This document shows positions 55,474 to 64,000 of a stretch of DNA of 64,000 bases, one piece after another (position 1 is the stretch's first letter; each line of letters begins with the position of its first letter). The notes under the pieces are model-generated. The model had not been told where the DNA came from, made no database searches, and was given only the letters and a program-made list of their open reading frames with translations. A program made the position numbers and the translations under genes. The DNA comes from a virus. The stretch lies in the IMG/VR virus record IMGVR_UViG_3300021085_002380; one strand, given 5' to 3'.

Positions 55474-56712
55474 TTACTCCTTCATTACATAATCATATAT
55501 AAAGTTTTTCTTATCAGGATGACCGGTTACAACCATGTTTGGTTTTTGTTGTGCTATTTGTGGATGCAGCCACCAATCTTCATAATTAGAAGAAGGATCC
55601 ATAGACACGTCGTTTACAGCTAACACATATCCTATTCCTTTGAGGTATGCTCTTGATTCTTCTCTAAACTCAGGGCCCCACCAACATGCATTATGCTGAA
55701 ATTGGATTACCCCATATTCGTATTGGCCAAAAGGTATTTTCTTTAATACATCAAGCGATACTTGCTCTGCATTAATTCTTAAAAAGTCAATCCAATCTGT
55801 CATGCAACTTTGTTTAAACATTGAAGCATAATGAATATCCTTACCGTCTGCCATAACTATAGTGCTTTTTCTTTCCTCGGAATAATTATAACAAGCTCTT
55901 TCTGAATTGTCAATAGACAATCCTTTCCAATTAAACGTGTCCTCAAGTAATGCAGTGTTGTTTGCTTTATATGGTAACCCGGATCCAACTTCTACCCATA
56001 GACCGTTTTCTTTTCCATCCAATGCAGATAACACAAACATATCTTGATAATGTCTTGCATAATTATTTGTGATCTTTTCAATACCAGGAAATGGAAACTT
56101 ATATTTTTCTACGTCTCCTTCGTATGGAATATAGCTTGGGTAACCTATGTTATTTAGCCATCCTATAGCTTTATTTTTCCATTCAGTTTCTACATTATTA
56201 TCATAGGCCATATTAAAAAGTAAACGTTTTGATTCATCAGTACCATTATCTTTCCAGCTTCCTGACGCATTGTGATATATCAATCCTTGTTTTCCTGGGT
56301 AATTAATATCACTATCACCTATACTTAACTCTATGTCAGCAAATAATAATCCGATTGTTGAATGAACTAAAGATTCACGCCATTCCCCGTTTTCCTCGCA
56401 ATAATCACACATAAAATAATAAGCTTCAGGTCTGTTCGGTAGAACCGTGATTGCCATTTTTAATAAACTGTAAACTGTTACTTGTCTATTTTTTTGATCT
56501 GCAAAGCACTTTGCTCCCATAATCAAAGCTCTATATTGAAGTAGTTTTTCATTGTATGTTTTGCCATCACAAAACTCAGCGGCTCTTAAATAATAAGTAA
56601 GGGCAGCGGCGTCTTGATCTAATTTATCATATTCTTTTGCAAGTTCATACATTTTAAATGGATTTTTGTAATCCATAACAAAGTCATTTAAGAGTTGTTG
56701 AATATTACTCAT
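55474..56712 (-). CDS. TPR-like domain plus methyltransferase-fold protein
   Basis: Helical N-terminus (AALTYYLRAAE, P.RPEAYY); C-terminal QDMFVL...G..VEVGS...NNTALLE...WKGLSID...YEDWW. Confidence 0.6.
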   Translation of the reverse strand: MSNIQQLLNDFVMDYKNPFKMYELAKEYDKLDQDAAALTYYLRAAEFCDGKTYNEKLLQYRALIMGAKCFADQKNRQVTVYSLLKMAITVLPNRPEAYYFMCDYCEENGEWRESLVHSTIGLLFADIELSIGDSDINYPGKQGLIYHNASGSWKDNGTDESKRLLFNMAYDNNVETEWKNKAIGWLNNIGYPSYIPYEGDVEKYKFPFPGIEKITNNYARHYQDMFVLSALDGKENGLWVEVGSGLPYKANNTALLEDTFNWKGLSIDNSERACYNYSEERKSTIVMADGKDIHYASMFKQSCMTDWIDFLRINAEQVSLDVLKKIPFGQYEYGVIQFQHNACWWGPEFREESRAYLKGIGYVLAVNDVSMDPSSNYEDWWLHPQIAQQKPNMVVTGHPDKKNFIYDYVMKE

Positions 56713-56715
56713 TTA

Positions 56716-57756
56716 TCATCCTTTAGATACAAAATCAAAAAACACACCTGTTGGAATTTTTAGTATGTAAGACACATTATCTGATAAACCAAAAGATATT
56801 AACAAATCATCACCAACAGCCGCAACACCAGTACAAAATTCAATATTATAATCTTGGCCTTTTACGTGATCATAATAAGTACCTAAGAAATGGAACTCAC
56901 GCGAAACATTTGTAATATTCCAATCGTTATCATATATTACAACACGGTGAGCGTAATTTCCGTCTTTTCTGTTAAATGGATCTTTTAGCAAATTTGTTTC
57001 ATGGGCTAAACACATCCGACGGTTTTCATTTATACGAATAACTTGAGACCCGCCACGAAGGTCTTTGTCTAATGGAAACCTTTCTTCCATTGTTTTAAGA
57101 GTTACATCAGTAGTAACTTTATTTTCAATGTCAAAATGTACTACCTGTGTTGGATTTGACCACTTAACAAAATGATAAGGCATATCATTAATTGGCATCC
57201 AATTCTTTTCACAATAGCTGCTATCGTCTCCTGGGGCTGGAATTGGATTACGAGATACTTCTTTCCATTCATTGTTGTGAAATTCTATTTCAGCCATTTC
57301 CATCCGGCCTTTACCTTTATCATCATAGCAATCTCTACGTACACCACAAAGATAAAGCTTGTCATCCCAACTGAATAAACGAGCATCTTCTAAACCGATA
57401 AAGTTCCAGGTTGGTTTAGTATCAAAGTCAGAAGTATTGACTCTGCCAGCAGCCACCAAATTTAAATTTAAATCAAACTCACACATAACATTATACGTAG
57501 TTAATGTCACGTCGTTTTGTGGATGTACATATACCAAAGGACCCCACGTATGAGGAAACTTTTTACCTTCGCTATGATATAAAATATAATTGATATGCCG
57601 CAAGTTCATAAGAATTTTATCTTTATGAACAAAGATAGATGGATTCATTGTCCCAGTTTGGTTACCTAAAACCGACTCCGGGACAATGACTGGATGAATA
57701 GATCCGCCTCTACGTAATGCGTATTTAACTAGGCCACCTGTATGCAGTTCGTGCAT
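56716..57756 (-). CDS. Five-bladed beta-propeller glycosidase/glycosyltransferase-like protein (GH130/GH43 clan-like)
   Basis: NPSI, GLEDARLF, EKNWMP, LRGGS, IEFCTG and ISFGLSD. Confidence 0.6.
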   Translation of the reverse strand: MHELHTGGLVKYALRRGGSIHPVIVPESVLGNQTGTMNPSIFVHKDKILMNLRHINYILYHSEGKKFPHTWGPLVYVHPQNDVTLTTYNVMCEFDLNLNLVAAGRVNTSDFDTKPTWNFIGLEDARLFSWDDKLYLCGVRRDCYDDKGKGRMEMAEIEFHNNEWKEVSRNPIPAPGDDSSYCEKNWMPINDMPYHFVKWSNPTQVVHFDIENKVTTDVTLKTMEERFPLDKDLRGGSQVIRINENRRMCLAHETNLLKDPFNRKDGNYAHRVVIYDNDWNITNVSREFHFLGTYYDHVKGQDYNIEFCTGVAAVGDDLLISFGLSDNVSYILKIPTGVFFDFVSKG

Positions 57757-57786
57757 AGTACCTCCATAATATAGATTTTAATTTAT

Positions 57787-58119
57787 TTAGCTAAAAGCCG
57801 CGTTGCGTTTTACGTCGTTTTTCTTTGTAATTTTTTTAGCTAAAGTTTCATTTATTACATTTTCTTCATCGGCGGATAAAGCACCTTTAACCCACTCAAT
57901 TAAATTATCTTCAGTAATATCCGACAAGGAAACAAAATCGGCTGCAGTTGTATTAGCAGCCGAAATGTCAGTTGTCCCTAAATATCGTGAAGACACGCCG
58001 TTGAGTGCAGTACCGGTTTTTTTCCAATCTACTGACACCACAGAATCTGAAAGAGTAATGCCGTCAGCATTTACCTCGTCCCTAGTCCTATACTTTATTA
58101 TTTTCCAAGTATATTCCAT
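57787..58119 (-). CDS. Tail-fibre-associated small protein (paralog 2)
   Basis: YTWKI...VVSVDWKKTG...F....ITE.....WV. Confidence 0.6.
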   Translation of the reverse strand: MEYTWKIIKYRTRDEVNADGITLSDSVVSVDWKKTGTALNGVSSRYLGTTDISAANTTAADFVSLSDITEDNLIEWVKGALSADEENVINETLAKKITKKNDVKRNAAFS

Positions 58120-58136
58120 GGATTAAGTACCTCTTC

Positions 58137-58517
58137 TTATTCTGGAGCTTCGGCGTCGCCACCAGCAGCCCACGGAAGCGAATCTTCTTCAATCTCAGTT
58201 ACAAGATCTTTATCAATTTCAAATTGAATTCGTTCGTCAATATGCGCTTTATATCCTGCGTCGCTATTTACCACATTTTGGATCCAAGCTAAAACATCTG
58301 CTTCTGTCAGATCTGCAAATGCTGTAAATGTACCGGCCGGTACGTTTTCTGCGGTAAATGGTGTTGCACCTGAAAAGGAAGCGGAATTACCATTTTCGTC
58401 AGTTCCAGTTACTTTCCAATGAGTTTGGACAACTGCGTTTTGAAGTGTAGCACCTTCTGAGTTAACTTGATCCTTAACCTTCAGGTTGGTCACCGACCAT
58501 TCGTATGTAAAAGCCAT
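58137..58517 (-). CDS. Tail-fibre-associated small protein (paralog 1)
   Basis: YEWSV...VVQTHWKVTG...FADLTEADVLAWI...LPW; GGAG RBS. Confidence 0.6.
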   Translation of the reverse strand: MAFTYEWSVTNLKVKDQVNSEGATLQNAVVQTHWKVTGTDENGNSASFSGATPFTAENVPAGTFTAFADLTEADVLAWIQNVVNSDAGYKAHIDERIQFEIDKDLVTEIEEDSLPWAAGGDAEAPE

Positions 58518-58546
58518 TTTTATTTTCTCCGTTGTTAATTATAAGT

Positions 58547-61500
58547 TTATTTATCTAACTTGTCCATTAGACTATATACCAATTCTTTTAATTTGTCAAT
58601 CTCTTCTTGCTGATTTTCTATAGTTTTTTGTTGCTCTTTTGTGGCTTCAATCAATAAGCCAACCATATTACCGTAACGAACACCTTTACGTTCTTTACCA
58701 GTTTTCATATCTTCGGTGTCATATACGACTCCAGGAAGAACCTTTTCAACTTGCTGCGCAATTACACCAGTGTATTCGCCTTCGCGGTCAATATAGTTAT
58801 ATGTAATACCATCAAGTTGCTTAACTTTATCGACAGCATTATCAATAATTTTGACATTTTCTTTCCAACGAATATCAGAATAATCGTAATAAGCAATAAT
58901 GTTTTCATCTGAACGAATTTCACCATAGGCGTTGATAGCATTCATTCGTGAAGTTGATGCAGGGTTAGTATAGTAGAATGTGTTGTTTTGGTCATAGAAT
59001 AATGGTCCACGGAACGAACCGCGAGCTTCAAAGTAACCAGATCTTGTACGACCTTCCCAAGTACCATTATAATAAATGTATGTAATATAATCTTGGTCAG
59101 CGTAAAGAATTGCTTCGCCATTATCATGATACAATGCAAAAATAGAACCATCATCGTCAGCTCTAATTCTACCACCTTGCCCGCCAGATTCTGTAAAATA
59201 GAAACTGCCGTTGTCACCATCACTACAATAGAAATTCAACCTATTATCGTCACCTGCATCATCAATGTATGGGCCAGAAACAAATGTTAAACGATCTAAC
59301 TGGCTAATCCTATACATTTGCGAAGTACCAGCTGGGTTAGTGTATTTGGCCGTATCGTTTGAGTCATAGAAAATAGGTGCTCTTGACGACCCGGGTGAAT
59401 ATGTATAACTAGTGTGAATTTGGAATTCGTTATTGGTATCAACATAGAACAGCATAGAGTCTGTTCCAGTCCGAATTCGAACTGCCCAGTTTTCATCATT
59501 ATCTAAGAAGCCATGCTCACCGGAACCGTTACCGTACCAATAACCTTGAAGGTCATCATTGCTATCATATAGACGAATACCTCCACCACCGGTTGCGCCG
59601 TATGCAATATCTAAATACGTATCATCAGTATAAATGTGACCGCCTGTTCCGCCGTCATCAACGCGAAGGCGATTTGCGTATACCACGTTAAGGTTTGATA
59701 TACTATTAGGATCACAATAATAACCAGTGTTATTGTTATCATAAAACAATGTACCACGAAGATCGTATGCCCAGTTATCTCTGTTATTTAAGGTATAAAC
59801 TAAAGATGCGATTCTGGTTGTGCGGACTGTATCAAACGATGTTACAAAATCAACGATCCAATCTTGTCCCCAGTTTGTTGAAAAACCAGAATAACCCACG
59901 TCAACCCACTGAACGTGAACCTGCGGATAAGACCAAGTGCTGTTGGTTTCACCAATCCAAACAATGTTATCAGTTCCATTACCGCCCCAACGAATATTGT
60001 AGGCGCCTCGGTTGTCGTCCGTTAACTGAGTTGCAGCTACGTTGTACCATTGTTGGTTTGCGTTGTTGTTATTATAGCCAGAGATCAAAAATTCGTGAGT
60101 TCTACCTGTTGAGTATTCATAAACAGAAACTTTAAACTTCATCATTGTATTAGATTTAAACCGATTGGTCGGCAGTCTAATACGAATTGCACCAGTTACA
60201 GAGCTCGTCGTTGTAGTATATGTACCACCATTAGGGGCGGTGTATCTACGTTCTTGTGAGTCATATAGGTTGTTAATTCTGTGGTAGTTCGAGCGTGAAG
60301 TTGATGCGCCATTAAAATAATAACCCGTGTTATCACGATCATAAAAGATTTTAGCACGAACACTTGACCCAGCAGCGTCAATCCAATCACCGGCAACAAC
60401 TCTTAATCGCCAACCACCTTGAGATCCTAATAGACCAAAATCGTTATCAGATTCGGCATAAAGATAACCGCGAATTGTACCGTCATAAGTACCTCTTAAT
60501 CGAATACCAATTGATGCGTTATCGTCGTTATGAGAAAGATCCCAATAGTTATCATCGGTTGCATACCAATGCATTGCGTGTGCTGTGCTGTAAAGACCAC
60601 GGCCGCCTGTATCGTTACGGAACCAACCATCATTATACACTTCGCCACGAACATCAAGCGTGTTCATTACTGATGTGCTAGCCGGATTTGTATAATAAGT
60701 TGTGTCGTTACTATCATAGAAGATTGGTGAACGGAAACTATAAGCACTGTAAGCATACAACGAGTCACCGTAAACATCAAATAAACCGGTTTGAACAATG
60801 TCGCCAGTCGCGCCGCCGTGCCGGCCAATTCTAAAATCAGCGCCTGAAGTATTATTGTTGTTTGAATCTAAGTTAATCCATAAGCTTCCGTATGTGTTAA
60901 TACGAATATCGTCAGATGCGTCACCAGCATTGTTACGAGATGAAATAGAGTGGTTTGTACTATCATCACCATAGAAAGTAATAAAGTCGCCACGATCACG
61001 CATATCAAAACGATCAGCTCGTATAGTACCCATTTCAGAAGTACCAGCTGGATTTACGTAGCGAGCCGAGTCGTTACGATCATAAAATGCCTGAGCATAA
61101 TGGTTTCTGTTTGTAAGAACGTCACCATCTCCGCGAATGATCATATTCCATTGACCACCTATTCCACCATCTCTAAACGAAATGTCTTCGCCGCCTGATG
61201 TAGCAATAATTAAATGTGCATCGTTGGTTTCAGTTGCCTCAATGTATCCACGAGTAGTACCACTTGATGTGTCAAGTCGTATTTCATTGCCGTTGTCTAT
61301 GCGGAGATTGCCAAACAGATCAAGACTAGTTAAATGAGAGTTACCAGTTAACTCTAAGTATCTTGAAGTATTGTTTTGAGCTTGCACTTTTCCACTAACA
61401 TAAACTCCATTTGCGTGAAGATAACCAAACCCTCCATAACTATATGGCCCACCTGCAAAATCAGCTGACGCATTATCAACACCCACATTCCAGTGAATGC

Positions 61501-64000
61501 CTGGGCCAATTGGTCCTGCGTTTGCGAGGGTGGTGCCGTTCGTTTGTGTAATTGCAGAATTTTGAAAATGGTTACCGAAATAAAATCCTTCTTCAAAACC
61601 AGCCTTTTGTACATATCTAAAATATATTTTTGCATCAGCGTCTGCGCCATATGGCATACCAACCCAAACGTAATTAGAATTATCAACATATACTTCAGGA
61701 GCATTTGCTAAATTACTTCCGGCTGTAGTATGATACATATTAACTTCATTAGGAACGTGGGTGATACCCATTTTGTTAGTTCCAGAACCTCGTCTAACAT
61801 AAATTTTACCACCAACTTGCCCAAAACCATTCCAGTTTTGAGTGAAATAATATTCAATGATTGTAGTTCTATCAGAATTTTGCTGACGCCCTAAGCGAGT
61901 ATAGAGTTGATTATAGCCACTACCATAGCTTGACGCATATTCATACCAAATACCAACTTCTGGGTTTGTGAATGTTAAACCATTAAATTGTAACGTGTTG
62001 AGGTTAACAGCATTAAATCTAGATAGACTTGCAAAGTCGCCATAATAAGAAGTATTGTTTGAGTCATAAAAGATCGGTGAACGCATTTGGTTTCTTGCGT
62101 ATCCAAATCCGTTTTCAGTTTCAAGCTGAACCGCCCCGTTATAATATAAGTCAACACCCGCGTTTCTTATACCATATAACATCCATTCATTATCGTAATC
62201 GTTATAGAGGCCCATGTTTGTAATGCTAGACGACATAAAGACATAGCGATTGTTAATAGAATATCCTGAATACCCGCTTCTACCAGAACCATAAACTGCA
62301 ACAGAACCGTAGGTGCCATATGAAGATGGATAATCAAAGTAAACACTAGAATTATTATCGTAAGCAGGATATAATCTGTTGGTACGCAGTGTATTAAGAC
62401 GTGAGGTTGACGCAGGGTCTACATAATAACTTGTGCTACTGTAGTCGTACATAATTGCAGCATCAAGTCGGTTTTGAAATGATCCGTATCTTGATTTAAG
62501 GCCAGAAGCAACAATACCTGCTGAGTTAGAGTCTGTGGCTGAAATCTTATCACCAATAAATTCAAACCATGCGCCCATTTGCTGTCCTGCTACAGTGTGT
62601 GCGCTGTTAGTATCACTGTGCTGAATATAATTGTCATCACCAGTGCCATCGTTTAAGAATACAACTCTTGGTGTTACAATTTTAGATGTAGCTTGAATTA
62701 TACTAGTTGAAATATCTGGATCAGTGCCATCGCCTAAGTTTGATGTTGAGCCAATGTGAAGTTTACTGAATACAGAAGTACTTGCAGGATTTGCAGAAAA
62801 GTTAGTGTCGTTTGAGTCAATGAATGCTGTGGCAAACATTCTGTTTCCAGCGTGTACATCACCATCAGTTTCAACACGCATACGCATTGTACCTGCGCCA
62901 GTTCCTAACGAAGAAGAAGTAAACTGTAGGTTACCGCCTGCATTTGTAGTTAGATCGTTTGGTGATTCGTAAATTTGCCAGGTCTCACCACCTTTCCACT
63001 TAATACCTTCTTGTGGACCTGGATCGTTAAATGAAAGGTTGTTTAGATTTTCAATTGAACCGTTTGACCAATCCCAAGGTCCTGAAACCCTACCACCAGT
63101 TTGAGGATTCATAAAGTAAGCAGTGTTATCTCTATCTCTAAAGTTACTTGCATCAACAACGTTCATCTTAGATGTTGCGTTTGGATCTACATAATAATTG
63201 TTATCATCGGCATCATACATAATCGGAGCATAAATATTTGAGCTACGAAGTCTACTATGAACCTGTGTTCTTTTTAGAATTGGAGGACCAAATTCACGAA
63301 GAGCACCGGTTGTTTGATAGTTCATTAATAGGCGAATACGAACGTATTTAACACCTGATCCATCAGAGCCGCTAAAAGCTGTATGACTTGTTGGAATTGT
63401 CGTATGACCCGAATATGTTGTCCAACTTGTTGAACTAACGTTAACATTACTTGCAACGAAATATGTTGTGCCAGTGTTAGCGGCAATTGGGTTTTTATCT
63501 TTATCAAAACGCTCAATACCATAATACAAGGTTGATCCACTGCCTGATACATATCTTGCAGCAATTTCGCCATAAAGTTCTTCACCCGGCTCAACCTCAA
63601 TATAGTCAGATACAAATGTACGATAGCCGCTTGTTCTGATTATATAACTTGATGCAACTGGAGCTGTACCTGATTTAACAAAGTCAGCTGTAGAAGTTGT
63701 TGCACTGTCTTCAGAACCTTGCATAGCTTGAATAACTCGCTTTTCCCAATACATCGTTCCATCGAATAGAACTGTATCAGCAAGACCTGAGCCATATGAT
63801 TTGAGAAGTGGAAGATCTTCGTTACCGCCACTAATTCTGATATTTGAGAATGTACCTTCGCCTTTGGCGTAGAAGTTACCGTTATCCAAATCAATAGATG
63901 CTTTAATATCGCCATTACCTACGAATGTAAGTTCGTTTGGATTAGCAGATCCAAAATGAGCGAGTGACGATGTTGTTGTAGCCCAGAAAATACCCCAATT
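58547..64000 (-). CDS. Long tail fibre with repeated FYD.N.T.YY.NPASTS linkers and a C-terminal peptidase S74 chaperone; 5'-truncated
   Basis: Frame is open to base 64000; SDIRWKENV...GVIAQQVEKVLP...VRYGNMVGLLIEATKE at the C-terminus. Confidence 0.88.
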   Translation of the reverse strand, partial: NWGIFWATTTSSLAHFGSANPNELTFVGNGDIKASIDLDNGNFYAKGEGTFSNIRISGGNEDLPLLKSYGSGLADTVLFDGTMYWEKRVIQAMQGSEDSATTSTADFVKSGTAPVASSYIIRTSGYRTFVSDYIEVEPGEELYGEIAARYVSGSGSTLYYGIERFDKDKNPIAANTGTTYFVASNVNVSSTSWTTYSGHTTIPTSHTAFSGSDGSGVKYVRIRLLMNYQTTGALREFGPPILKRTQVHSRLRSSNIYAPIMYDADDNNYYVDPNATSKMNVVDASNFRDRDNTAYFMNPQTGGRVSGPWDWSNGSIENLNNLSFNDPGPQEGIKWKGGETWQIYESPNDLTTNAGGNLQFTSSSLGTGAGTMRMRVETDGDVHAGNRMFATAFIDSNDTNFSANPASTSVFSKLHIGSTSNLGDGTDPDISTSIIQATSKIVTPRVVFLNDGTGDDNYIQHSDTNSAHTVAGQQMGAWFEFIGDKISATDSNSAGIVASGLKSRYGSFQNRLDAAIMYDYSSTSYYVDPASTSRLNTLRTNRLYPAYDNNSSVYFDYPSSYGTYGSVAVYGSGRSGYSGYSINNRYVFMSSSITNMGLYNDYDNEWMLYGIRNAGVDLYYNGAVQLETENGFGYARNQMRSPIFYDSNNTSYYGDFASLSRFNAVNLNTLQFNGLTFTNPEVGIWYEYASSYGSGYNQLYTRLGRQQNSDRTTIIEYYFTQNWNGFGQVGGKIYVRRGSGTNKMGITHVPNEVNMYHTTAGSNLANAPEVYVDNSNYVWVGMPYGADADAKIYFRYVQKAGFEEGFYFGNHFQNSAITQTNGTTLANAGPIGPGIHWNVGVDNASADFAGGPYSYGGFGYLHANGVYVSGKVQAQNNTSRYLELTGNSHLTSLDLFGNLRIDNGNEIRLDTSSGTTRGYIEATETNDAHLIIATSGGEDISFRDGGIGGQWNMIIRGDGDVLTNRNHYAQAFYDRNDSARYVNPAGTSEMGTIRADRFDMRDRGDFITFYGDDSTNHSISSRNNAGDASDDIRINTYGSLWINLDSNNNNTSGADFRIGRHGGATGDIVQTGLFDVYGDSLYAYSAYSFRSPIFYDSNDTTYYTNPASTSVMNTLDVRGEVYNDGWFRNDTGGRGLYSTAHAMHWYATDDNYWDLSHNDDNASIGIRLRGTYDGTIRGYLYAESDNDFGLLGSQGGWRLRVVAGDWIDAAGSSVRAKIFYDRDNTGYYFNGASTSRSNYHRINNLYDSQERRYTAPNGGTYTTTTSSVTGAIRIRLPTNRFKSNTMMKFKVSVYEYSTGRTHEFLISGYNNNNANQQWYNVAATQLTDDNRGAYNIRWGGNGTDNIVWIGETNSTWSYPQVHVQWVDVGYSGFSTNWGQDWIVDFVTSFDTVRTTRIASLVYTLNNRDNWAYDLRGTLFYDNNNTGYYCDPNSISNLNVVYANRLRVDDGGTGGHIYTDDTYLDIAYGATGGGGIRLYDSNDDLQGYWYGNGSGEHGFLDNDENWAVRIRTGTDSMLFYVDTNNEFQIHTSYTYSPGSSRAPIFYDSNDTAKYTNPAGTSQMYRISQLDRLTFVSGPYIDDAGDDNRLNFYCSDGDNGSFYFTESGGQGGRIRADDDGSIFALYHDNGEAILYADQDYITYIYYNGTWEGRTRSGYFEARGSFRGPLFYDQNNTFYYTNPASTSRMNAINAYGEIRSDENIIAYYDYSDIRWKENVKIIDNAVDKVKQLDGITYNYIDREGEYTGVIAQQVEKVLPGVVYDTEDMKTGKERKGVRYGNMVGLLIEATKEQQKTIENQQEEIDKLKELVYSLMDKLDK

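Noticed and set aside
282-63915. Many 60-155 aa ORFs antisense to or nested in long genes
   Set aside because: Shadow frames of well-supported genes; no RBS or recognisable motifs. The o-spanin is the exception and was kept.
1-64000. tRNA, rRNA or CRISPR array
   Set aside because: No cloverleaf or regularly spaced repeat-spacer array seen by eye, and intergenic gaps are short. A tRNA scan was not run.
58547-64000. Diversity-generating retroelement or invertible shufflon in the tail fibre
   Set aside because: Repeats are degenerate at DNA level; no reverse transcriptase, invertase or adenine-specific TR/VR pair in the window.
1-64000. Stop-codon reassignment
   Set aside because: Core genes are full length under the standard code, and TAA, TAG and TGA all end genes.

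Overview
A 64-kb slice of a large, AT-rich T4-like (Tevenvirinae-related, marine-type) myophage genome. The host is most likely an alphaproteobacterium, inferred from a C4-pathway ALA synthase (hemA), a GapR homolog and GANTC-bearing promoters. The + strand (1-38.5 kb) carries a cluster of putative capsid-internal proteins, a lysis cassette (GH19 endolysin, spanins, holin candidate), primase, thyX, a class Id-like RNR with the ATP-cone on the beta subunit, hemA/ybaN, sugar-nucleotide and glycosylation genes, DNA-metabolism genes (denA-like, dNMP kinase, rnh, phoH, exonuclease, pyrimidine-dimer glycosylase, DUF932) and many small early genes behind sigma70-type promoters. The - strand (38.6-64 kb) carries the T4-type morphogenesis block gp13-gp23 with TATAAATA late promoters, a collagen-like fibre inserted between gp15 and gp16, a glycan-processing cluster and a long repeat-built tail fibre cut by the window edge. 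Best candidates for undescribed biology: (1) a cassette of proteins starting with a T4-IP-like capsid-targeting peptide (M-K-S/T-F-K-x-F/Y/H-x-x-E), including a SpoT/Mesh1-type alarmone hydrolase, next to a probable protease-processed polyprotein, suggesting an injected counter-defence payload; (2) 9 of 11 early promoters carry a positioned TGATTC (GANTC) site, suggesting the phage plugs into host CcrM/GcrA methylation-dependent transcription. All family assignments come from motif recognition by eye; no searches were run.
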